Positions 37,065 through 47,689 of a stretch of DNA of 64,000 nucleotides are shown in pieces. The stretch comes from Callorhinchus milii (lineage: Eukaryota). A program made the position numbers and the translations under genes. Under the pieces are notes generated by a model. That model was not told the DNA's origin and did no database searches. It saw only the letters and a program-made list of their open reading frames with translations. How positions within the stretch are numbered: position 1 is the stretch's first letter; the number at the start of each line of letters is the position of its first letter. The stretch covers positions 78,618,001 through 78,682,000 of the forward strand of contig NW_024704742.1 of assembly GCF_018977255.1 (NCBI RefSeq). The letters are read 5' to 3'.

Positions 37065-37301
37065 CATCATAGATTATTGGAAAAAATCTATTTATTAATG
37101 TTTTCTTTAACAAAAACAGAACTCCTTGTTTTGTGTACTTGCATAGAAACTCCTGGAAGGCAGAAGCTTTTTCAAGTGGTATGTCTGCTCCAGTCAAACA
37201 CCGCACAATGTCCAATAAGAATTCTTTCCTCTCCATAGATGATGCAGTGGCTCCAGAGAAGAAGGTTGTCAGAGCAAGTTGTCTTTGAGGTTCAGAATCA
37301 C
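37065..37301 (-). pseudogene. CGGBP1-like / hAT transposase N-terminal remnant, segment 2
   Basis: Acceptor tttccag| followed by DSEPQRQLALTTFF...ERKEFLLDIVRCLTGADIPLEKASAFQEFLCKYTKQG, versus recalled human CGGBP1 EKVSVIQDFVKMCLEANIPLEKADHPAVRAFLSRHVKNGG. Confidence 0.8.
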
Positions 37302-37469
37302 CTGGAAAGGAAAAAATAAAAATTGATCTTCATAATGCATTTGTCATCAGAAATGTTCTGTCTATTGTTTTTGTTTGTTGTGGTTGTTTTATGTTCTTTT
37401 AAAATTAAGTCAAAAAGGAGGGAGGTTAACTTTTGTAATCATACAAATTAAGATCTTCTTTCAAATTAA

Positions 37470-37645
37470 AATGAAAGCAAGTAATAATAATACATTTTTA
37501 TTTAATATTATATATATCAAAAGTACTTTAACTTCTTTTTTTTCTTTATTGCCCCAGCAAGGCAGTGGCAATAAAGAAAGAAAAAGGTAAAATACTTTTG
37601 AAGTACATAATATTGAATAAAAATGTATTATTAGTTGATTTCACT
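37470..37645. mobile_element. Palindromic 176-bp MITE flanked by TTAA (Kolobok/T2- or piggyBac-type target)
   Basis: The two halves are near reverse complements around a 13-nt loop; TTAA at 37466-37469 and 37646-37649. Confidence 0.75.
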
Positions 37646-37788
37646 TTAATATTTCCGAGATTTCATGTGCTCATCAATGGTGTACTTGCGAACATGGTCA
37701 ATTGTGTGACAGCAAACGTGGCAAAATAACTGCCCCCCCTCTTCATCAAGGTCATCTGGATAGAGTACAATTTTTTGTATTGTACAAC
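37646..37788 (-). pseudogene. CGGBP1-like zinc-finger remnant, segment 1
   Basis: Acceptor cttttag| followed by ...YPDDLDEEGGQLFCHVCCHTIDHVRKYTIDEHMKSRKY*, versus recalled human CGGBP1 ELHEDGGKLFCTSCNVVLNHVRKSAISDHLKSKTH. The last His is Tyr and a stop follows. Confidence 0.82.
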
Positions 37789-38185
37789 CTAAAAGTGAAA
37801 CAACTCCTATTAAAACTATAGGTATGTATTTCCTGAAAATGTAGTTATGTTTAAAATACTAAATATTTTAATTTGAACCGTACAGCACTTACCGAGAAGT
37901 CGTCGCGGTAGTGTGTGACTCAGCTACTTTTCCTATCGAGTTTACTCACCGGCAAAGTCGATTTCCTGCACACGCCGCTTCCACAATCCCAAAATTTACC
38001 ACGCCGTGTGTGTGCGATCGGAGCCGCTCCGAACATGGTAGCGGAGTCGAGCAAACAGCGTGAGAGGCCTGGGGCCAAGCGCACTGTGTGTAAAGATTAG
38101 TACCCGAGGGGTTGTTTGGAGTTTGGCAAGGCTCGTTGTAGTGGAAAAAGTGCGCCCGCACTTTTCTATTGGCCCAGCGGATGAC

Positions 38186-38600
38186 AGATCAGCCAACCTG
38201 GCTAACTGGCAGGATTTGAAAGGGAAGATTGGTCAATAGGGACAGATATTCTTCCCAATCGGCTACTGTTAAACTTGCAAGGCAAATCGCTAATGAGTAG
38301 GGTGCTACGAGCTGGACAAGCACCGGGAAGCTTGCCAGACAGTACTTTGAATGGAAAACTACTCAGTTTTCGCTTGTTAAAGTCCAGCAATTCCCCAATA
38401 CACTCTCTGAGGTCCCCAAACCTGGGTTCTCACCAAACTGAACCAACTAATCTCTGGAACTGGGTAAGCAGTGTGCATCCTTCCAGGGAGAGAGTGAATA
38501 TTTCAATCCAGGTACAGGGAAATGCCCACGTGTAGGTGGCTGACACATATGGAAGTCTCAGTCTGATTTGGATACTCTTGAGCATGGTGACACATACTCA
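38186..38600 (+). repeat. Unclassified old interspersed repeat (copy 1 of 3)
   Basis: Aligns in reverse complement to ~60130-60505 and ~40380-40500. Confidence 0.65.
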
Positions 38601-41600
38601 GTTAAACCCTCAGGAAGATAGTTCATACCGCCTGATGCCAAAGCCAATCTTCGCTTCAGTTGCTCAGGTTGGGAAATATCCCACAGGAGTTTATGCCACT
38701 TAACAAGTCTCTTGTGAGGGTGGCAGGTGCACAACAGCTGGGAAGGCACCATGTCACAGGCAAGAGTGAGGACTGGCTGCAATTGTATGTTGTTCTGTTG
38801 TCAGCAGATTGAGGAGGTAAGAGATTGGGTTCAGTGGAATAGACATTGGTGTCAGTTAGTGGTGACTCATGTGTTCCCCCCTTATACTCCTGGACTGATG
38901 GTATGACCAGAACAGATGCAGATATATGCCCCTCACTAAAAGTAAATATCTCATAATTTTATGATGCACCAAGGCAGTAGATGAAAAGAAAATAGGTTTA
39001 GAGTTGTAAAGACTGATTTCAGGACAGATCATTTCTTTACCCAGAGGATAATTAAGAACTGGAAGACTGGCTGAGGCCAGGACACTGGAATCATTAACAA
39101 AAATTTTGATGCTTGATCGGGTTAATGGTCAGGTGGGTGTTCTGAAGGAATGAGATCAGATTAGGCTGAAGGGCCTTTTGCATTCGAACTAACCTTGTCA
39201 ACTTGTGATAACAACAAGTTAGGGGTGCTTAACATCACCCTGTGGCAACATCAACTTGCATCTATATAACCCTTTCGCATAAACATTGACAGTAAACTTG
39301 TGGTGCAGGGAACTATGAGGTTTAAGATTAACTTCACTAAAGAGCAACATGTGAAATGCATGAAACTGGTGATAGTGACGAGAAACCTCCCATTATTTGA
39401 TACAGTCACCTTGGATTTCAAGAACATTTGTTGTTTTTATATTTTTAAAAATTATGAAATGTCTATACTTGGGTGTTATTTATGTGATCCTTGTGGAGTC
39501 CGGCATCTTAATTGGTTGGAGCGAACATAGGGGCAGTACCCATTTATTCAATATCTGTTCACTACAAAAACACAGTCAATCACAATAAATTTATAGTTTT
39601 TAATTTTTTTTACAAATTTCTTGATAAACTTTACAATAAATCCTGTGAAACGTTTTAAGACATCCTCCTAACATGAAAGGCGCTATTCCAAAAGTAAGGA
39701 TTATGATTATTTTAAACTCAGTGTTTTATTAATACACTTACATGGCTTTCTTTGCACTGAGGTGAAGATCTTAGTTGAATTGATTGAAAATAATTTTGGC
39801 TATAGAATAAATTTAAACATTTTGTACTTTTTTTATTATGAAGGTCCTCAGAAACATGTCTTTCGTGCTTTTTGAATGTGCTGTACACATTATTTGCAAG
39901 CCAGCACTGTCTTCACTATTATAACCGTTACTGTGTTACATTTGGCCTTGGGCAAGAATAATTAGGAATAATTATTTCCTTTTGAGGTAAGAAGAGACTG
40001 GCTACCATAATATGTTGGTACATTGCCATTTAACCTCTGGGAATTGGGTTTGGATCTAACCCAGACTGATGGGATGGAAGTTTCCTCTCTGCCAGCTATA
40101 AACACTCTTAAGTAAATATGGTGTGGACAGTCGCAAACCAATTCCCTGTAGGCACAAGTCCATTGATTCAATCCCTTCCAGCAATAATTCATCACATATT
40201 AACCACAAAATGGTTGTTGTAGAAATTCCAGTGGAGAATGGAGAGACTGAACTTCAGATAGATGGTGGCAGATTTGGGGTGTGTTACTCTGCCTTGCAAT
40301 GAAAAAGACCCCAGTAACGTAATTCCAGAAACTATTAGAGACAGATTGGCAAGGATTAAGGCTTTATGGACCTCAGAGCATGTGTTAGGTTATTGCTGGA
40401 GTTTATCTTGCTGAAAACACATAACTTGCCATTGAGAGCAAAGACTGGCAAGTTTCCTGCTACTTGTCCAGCTAGTTCCAAGCTACTCATTTGGGTTAAT
40501 GGGAGCTAAATGGAAAAAAAATCTCTGTCTGCTTATCTTCCAACTGCTGCCAGGAAGCTGGGGTGGCTGGTCTGACACCAACAGTGTGTGGAGTCCTGTG
40601 CTCTGGTCTGGCTCAGGAACCAAGACTGCCACAGAGGGTCAACTGGAATATGACATTTTGTTGGCAAGCATCTCTTCTTGGAGTTAATTCAGCTTTAAGG
40701 AGATCTGATTACCATCCTCCATAGTCAGTGTGGTCAGAAGGTGTGGAGGACATCTTTGAAGCTGGCATGGAGCCTGCATGGTGAGAAGGAGGGAGGGAGA
40801 GGTGGCCATCTTTGACACTGGCATGGAGGCTGCACCTGTCTTACACGGGACCAACCACTCAGTCCCCCCAAAGAATATTTTCACCAGCCGCCTATGCCAT
40901 CCTCCCGCTTGGAGGAAGAAAATCATGACGTGGCCATTTGACATCTGGCCAGATTAGAGCCTTCACTTGGAAGGTAGTAGGTGCCTAGATCTCCTTGTGA
41001 GCCTTTCGGAGACCAGCATAATTCAACATGACATGTGTGAGAGATTTGCCACCTGCCCATAGCTCAGACCCATTAAATGATGGCTTCACCAGTTACAGGT
41101 GCTATCGCTGCAGCAATTCAGTGGAACAGCACACTGGAAGAATAGGTTAGTTGATTGAGTAAGCTACAGAGACAGTCCAGAAATTATAGGACATGAGCAG
41201 CTGGAAGAACTTGGTATAGTCTAACGAGTGAGAAGTCTGAGAACAACAGTAAGGGTTGATCATTTCTGAATGCACAGGATTGCGTTCCAAGACGTTGGCC
41301 AATGAATAGAAAGTGAAGAGAAGTTGAGGGTCAACAATAACGATAGGTGCAGTCAAAGAGGTAAATCTTAAAGTAAAATTTAAAGATAGATAAAGAGGGA
41401 GAGAGGCGGAGGGATTGACACAGGGAGTTCCTGAGATTAGGGGCCTAGCGGCTGAATAGTGAGCAACCGATGATGGAGCGAAGAGATTGGGGGACATGCA
41501 GCCTGCACCAGCTGAGGGACAGGGGCACAAATACATATTAGCTTTGAGAGATCGAGTTACAGACAACCATGAGAGAGATGTCCACTTGTACAAGTCCACA

Positions 41601-41909
41601 TTGAATCATTTGATATCTTGGAGGCAATGACCTTGATCAGATGCTTGCGTACAGTAACACATCTGCGTTCTATTTGTGCCTATGTCAGCAGTGCTATGCC
41701 ATCAGAATGCTCTCCACATGAGAGCACTGAATCCATAAGATTACAGCACCAACAACAAACTCTAACATAAATCTAATAGGATTACCCATGAATACAGATT
41801 ATTTCCACTGGTCGGTGAGTCGGTGACTGGAAGGCTTCAATTTAAGATTGCTAGCAAACGAGGAAATGGGGAGATTAGCATAATTCTTTTTCATGCAGGG
41901 TATATATGT

Positions 41910-42211
41910 GGAGTCCTGTAGCTCAGTGGTTAGAGCACTTGCCTTGCAAGCGAGACACCTGGGTTCAATTCCAGGCAGGGTGAAACCTTACTCCACACAC
42001 CTAATAATAATCCCTCCAAAAACAAAACAATAATAAATTGGTCATTTTCAATCCACGATTGTTTGTGGACACTACTGTGCATAATTGGCTGCCGCATTTT
42101 GCCCACAAATATATGGTCAATTCACTTTACAGTCTATTCTTGTGAAGCGCTTTGAGACGTCTAGAATTCCTGAAAAGCGCTATATCAAATACAAGGATTA
42201 TTATTATTATA
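41910..42211 (+). mobile_element. Young tRNA-derived SINE inserted in a CR1 3' end (~41790-42400)
   Basis: Full SINE; the CR1-like flanks 'ttatttccactggtcggtgagtcgg...' and 'gtggttgaggcagaa...gctttcaaaagggaactgga' rejoin. Confidence 0.85.
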
Positions 42212-42698
42212 TAGGATATTGAATGTCCTGCAAGGAGCGGTGGTTGAGGCAGAATTATGATTAGCTTTCAAAAGGGAACTGGAGAGGTATCTAACAAGAA
42301 ATAAATTGCAGGAGTATGCGGGAAAAGGGTCATTAAATAGACTGAAAGGATTGCTCTTAAACCATTGCATACATGATGGGCCTTCTTCTGTGCTGTAATT
42401 TTCTGCTGTAATTTTTGTGAAATGAGTTGTTTACAAAACCTGAAAACTGAGTAGTGAGAAAAACAAATTAAACAAAACCATGACTGCCAGTCAACAATGG
42501 GTCAGCAAATTCAAAATCAAATAGAAAGATGTCTAGTAAAGAAATCAATTGAAAGGTATGAGAGATAAGAATACTACAGGGAGTACTTCACTTGTTTTTA
42601 TTTTGGACCTGGTCAGATGGATTACAACAGACTTTTCTATTCCTGTACAATTCCTAAGATGCTATTTTAACTCTAGCAGGAATTCTCCATGTGTGTTG

Positions 42699-43347
42699 TG
42701 TTGGAAAATAAATCAGCCAAATCTGCAAGGAAATAACGCTATTTCCTCTAACAAGATATCAGACTGTTTTATTATTATTCGTTCGTTATTCCCCAATATC
42801 CCGATGGGTCAGACCAAAGGCCGGTACAATCAACAGATCTTATAACAGAATAACACCACTATAGATATCTCGAGTTCAAGAGTTCAACACTGTGTCTTTC
42901 CAGCACACAAGCTTGATTCTTCATGCTTTCAGTCTTCTTGCTTACAGCTTTCAATCTTCCATCTGATATCCTCAGTCTTAGTGTTTCCAGCTCTCAGTCT
43001 TCCATCTCTGTATCCTTGTCTCCACGACCCGGGACGGCTCCATCTCCCGTATCCTTGTCTCCGCGATGGCCCCGTACACAAAGTTATCGGAACTCTTATA
43101 CCAATATTCATCCAATCATGGTGTGGACATTAGATCACCTGTCGAAATCATGCTGGGTTCACGTGAACACCTCATGGGGTGTACGTGCCTCACACACACA
43201 AACACACTGTCCTTGATACAGTCCGTTATCTCGTGTACGTGTAGGGAGTTTCAGTCCAGCTGCCCACAACACACTTAACTTAAAAGTTAACCCGTTCGCA
43301 ACATCTATTATGATTCTAACATTATACAAAAAGTGTAAATTCTAACA
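42699..43347 (-). mobile_element. Solo LTR (649 bp), ERV/Gypsy-like
   Basis: TG...CA termini with inverted ends TGTTGGAA/TTCTAACA. 4-bp TSD GTTG (42695-42698, 43348-43351). On the minus strand, TATAAG (~43100) precedes AATAAA (42773-42768). Confidence 0.8.
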
Positions 43348-43354
43348 GTTGTGT

Positions 43355-44312
43355 GTCAGCCTGCTACAGTGGTAGTACCCCCACCTCTGAGTCAGAAGGT
43401 TGTGGGTTCAAGCCCCCAGTTCGGGACTTGGAATTGTATAGTCTAAGCTCCAATCCAGTGCAGGGAGTGGGTTTTATTGTTGTAGGTGCCACCCTTGGAT
43501 TGAAACATTAGACTGAGGTCCCATCTGCTTGTTCAGGTGGACATTGAAGATCTTATGGTAAAGCAAGGAAGTTATACTGAACCTTTACAAATCACCGGTT
43601 AGGCCTCAGCTGGAGTATTGGGTCTAATTCTTGGCACCACACTTTACGAAGGATATCAAGGCCTCGGAGAGGGTGCATAGGAGATTTACCAGAATGATAA
43701 CGGGGATGAGGGACTACAATTATGTGGAGAGACTGGAGAGGTTAGGAGTGTTCTCTTTAGAGCAGTGTACACAATTAGGAGAAACTTTAGCAGAATAAAT
43801 AGGCAGAAACTGTTTTCTCTGGCGGGTAGGTCGGTAACCAGATGACACAGATTTAAGATAAATAGGAAAAGAACCAGCGTGGGGATCAGGGGAATTTTTT
43901 TATCCAAAGATTGTCACAATCTGGAATGCATTGCCTGAAAGGGTGGTGAAGCAGATTCGAGAGTAGCTTTCAAAAACAAATTGGATAGGTACTTGAAAAG
44001 GACTATGGTGTAAGAGCAGGGTGAGTGGGACTAGTTGATAGTTGATGGCTCTTTCAAAGAGCCAGTACAGACACGATGAGCTATAAGATTCTAGGATTCT
44101 GTTTGAAAAGAGAAGCGAGTTTCTTCCAGTGTCCTAGACAAAATAAAATTGATCACTCACTCCATGGCATTTTGTGGGACATTACTGTATGCAAACCGAC
44201 TATTGTGTTTCACCTACAAAATACACAATCAATCAACTTCACAGTGAGAAATGCTTTGAGGAATATCAATGACGTGATAAGGCACTATATCAAATGCAAG
44301 GATTATTATTAC
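43355..44312 (+). mobile_element. Old Deu SINE split by a CR1 3' fragment (~43561-44099)
   Basis: The SINE breaks at 'gatcttatggta|' and resumes '|tgtttgaaaagag'. The insert has CR1 'aggcctcagctggagtattg' (RPQLEY) and WNALPE motifs. Confidence 0.8.
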
Positions 44313-45239
44313 TTTCTGCTGCCTGGATTAGTTCCAGCCACAAATTGTATCTGTCCTATGTCATGCTCATTACCAAATCGCCTTTCTTCCTCTACTGTAA
44401 TTTATTTCAGTGGCGAATACTCTTCTCTCAAGCAGAAACCTCCTCTCTACTGTTAACTTCTCTCACTGTTGTGGTAATACTTTAATCTTCTTTATTTAGC
44501 TCAGGAACCCCAGGTTTGGTCTAGAATTAAATAGTCACTTGTCGGTCTGCCTTTTCAGCTGCACATTTCAGCAAGAATACCTCCTGAATAGCTTTTAGCA
44601 ATGTAATAAACAAGCAAAAATGGCACTTGACATTATAATACAATTTACATTCATATAGTCTTTCACATCGGAATACTGCTTCACAGTGATGGCTAGGCAC
44701 TCATGCTGGGAGTGGGATCTGAGGAAGGTGGGAGGAGAAAGATAACCAAAAGAGTGGTCAAAGAGGTACATTTTGAGATATGCCTTGAAAAGGGGAGGGT
44801 GGGAGTCCGAGGGACTTCAAGATGGAGTTCCAGAGCGCTGGGACAAAATAGCTTTAGCTCCCTTCCAGCAAAAGATTTTAGTTTTGGCTTCTGAGGGTTA
44901 TAGAAATGAGGGTATAGAAATGCTTGGAGCAGCACTTAACATGCATGGTTCACGTCAGTAGATACGATCCACCGACACCCCTCCCGTTTGCCCATGTCTA
45001 CGTTTTTTGTTAAAATTAGGAAAGACAAGAAGGCCAGGACCAAAAGGATAAAATTAGTTTTACCTGTGCACTACTAACTTTTAGTTGTTAAATATATCTG
45101 AGTAAGCTCAACATTGTGAGGAGGGGGTCACCAGGGAGAACTGAGCTAACTTAATCACAGCAAATTATTAATTCCATTAGAAAACAATGATTCCATGTGT
45201 AGAAATACTCTGGAGACTTCAACAGCTCAATTTCAGTTT

Positions 45240-45630
45240 ACCAACAACAGCAAAATTACATTTTACCATGCCTTTCATGTTGGGAGGACATCCCAAGGTG
45301 CTGGACAATCAGTGTTTCAGACCCGAGCTGGGTTCAGGATCATGGAGGGTGGAGTGCAGTGGGGGAAGGAGGGTGACTGAAGGCACAGTCGAAGAGGAGG
45401 GTCTTGAGACTGATCTTGAAGGAGGCAAGAGAGGGGACAAGACAGAGGGTCTGTGGGATGGAGTTCCAGAGGGTGGGAGCAGAGTGGCAAAAGGCCCGCC
45501 TGCCAATGGTAGTTGCGGAGCCTGGTGTGGAAGAGGACACGGGTTCCAGAGTTCTGGATAATCTACAGCCTATGGAGGAAGGAGTTGGGGAGACCAACAT
45601 GCAGGGAGTTCGCGTAGGCGAGCCTGGATG
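45240..45630 (-). mobile_element. L2 LINE 3' fragment
   Basis: IGRRAFCHSAPTLWNSIPQ...FKISLKTLLFD. Confidence 0.85.
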
Positions 45631-47006
45631 TTTTGCATTATTGCTGTATTAAAAGAGGTTCTCTGGGGAACAGTTAGCAATGTTTTTGTTTTCGGATCAG
45701 CCTGATCCACATAAGCTGCTGACCCTGATAGTTGGAGAGAAACCCCAATGAAATTAAATACAAAATGCAATACAAAATTACAGTTGTATAGCGCCTTTCA
45801 TGTCAGGAAGACGTCCCAAGGCACTGGGATATCACCTCACCCATAATTGACAATGGCAAAAGCAGCAACCATATAATTTGTTATATGTAAAAGCAAATCA
45901 CTACTTTTTTTTCATGTTTCTCCTTTCCCTTCCCCCTCTCCAGACACAAGACACAGAGACCCACAACCATTTTGTCTCTCTGTCTTAAAAGCAATGACTA
46001 ATGCTGATTTGCTAGCCAGCAGCAAACGTTATCCAGTCACTGCAGAGATTAAATATATAATCCCCAGAAATCCATCCACATACTCGCCCGGCTGCTTACC
46101 AGAGGTCCAAAATCCATCAAGACCATTATTGAGTAATCTTAAATCAGGCATTACCATGAAGGGTGGTTGACATCAGGATACTGGAGTCACTTAAAAAGAA
46201 ATAACTTGATATTGTGATGGGAGGACAGCAAGGTGGGTGTTCTGGAAGAATAAATCAGATGGGACACAGTGCCTTTGGGAAAGGAGTTTCTCCCTGTTTC
46301 CTGGCCAACAATCCCCCAAATCCAATTGGTCACTCAATTCATGGTTGCTTGTGGGACATTGTAGTGTGCAAATCGAAACACTTTGGGACGTCCTCCCGAC
46401 GTGAAAAGCGCTATATCAAATGCAAGGATTATTATTATTATTATTAAATTGACTGTTGCAGTCAATACACAATAAAATGCTGTGAAGAGCTTTGACACAT
46501 GTTAATGATGTGCTACATTAAATGCAAGCTTATATATTACAAAGAAGTCTGATGTTCTCAAATTAGTTCATGATTTCTGTGCTGGGAGCTATAAGTACTG
46601 TAGTGTTGGCAGGAATGTGGTGCAGAAGAAGTCATCGTTGGTTGTAGTTGCTGCACAATCAAATCACCTTTATTAGGGCTCTACATCAACAGACCAAGTA
46701 AACAATATGTAAAGGGCCGCACATTGAGGGACGACAGCTCCCTGACCTCCTCCTCTCCTGAATCCCAGATCATGGCCACGGAAACACCTCATAACCCCAA
46801 GTCTCTTCTCAATTACCATTCGCAGACATCCCTTCCACAGAGAGCCTGGCTTAACTCAATGGGAGACTCAGCTCCAGTCTACGGGAGTGCATTGTGCGGG
46901 AGGTCTGCTTGACCCCAACATTTCCCTCATGTCCTCTTGGAGCCGGTAGCCTTGCGCTGTTTCTTTTTGATGTGGGCTCCATTTCCTGTACAGTGGGAGC
47001 AGATTC

Positions 47007-47308
47007 ATAATAATAATTATCCTTGCATTTGATATAGTGCTTTTCACGTCTTCTCGACGTCTCAAAGCACTTCACAGAATACACTGTAAAGTGAATTGAC
47101 CGTATATTTGTGGGCGAAATGCGGCAGTCGATTGCACACAGCAGTGTCCTATAAACAGTCGTGGATTGAAATGGCCCAATTTATTATTGTTTTATTTTGG
47201 AGGTGTGTGGAGTAAGGAAACTTACCCAAGGTTTCACCCTGCTGGGAATCAAACCCAGGTTCTCTCGCTTGCAAAGTGAGTGCTCTAACCACTGAGCTAC
47301 AGGACTCC
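47007..47308 (-). mobile_element. Young tRNA-derived SINE, full length
   Basis: Reverse complement of the 17232 family. Confidence 0.9.
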
Positions 47309-47689
47309 TGAGATTCTCATCCCCAGACTGGACCTGAGCCCTTCACCATTATTTTTTGCCTCTGGTAAAAACTTCCCCCTGAGTCCCTCACAAATGTTTT
47401 CTCTTCCTCAACCACCTCTCCCTCTGGCCCTCCACCCGCAGTGATCCTGATGCACCCACTCGAGCCCCCTCTATTCTCACATCAAATGTCAAGTGTGAAA
47501 AGGTTCTAGATTTCTTCGCCTCAAAAGTTGAAAATATCCACTTGGCTGTATTGCCCCCCTCCCCCCATTGCCTTCCACCCCACGCAGACTATCCACACCG
47601 CCTTCTCCCTCTGCCTTCTCCCCCCCCACTTACACTTACAACAATGACCTGGCAGCCCCAGTCACTGCCATCCCGGCCATGACCACACA

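Larger units (their letters stand above)
36863..38177 (-). mobile_element. Internally deleted hAT DNA transposon carrying a CGGBP1-like coding remnant
   Basis: Perfect 19-bp TIR CTGGGCCAATAGAAAAGTG at both ends. 8-bp TSD ctgatgac (36855-36862) / cggatgac (38178-38185). Internal CGGBP-like peptides. Confidence 0.88.
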
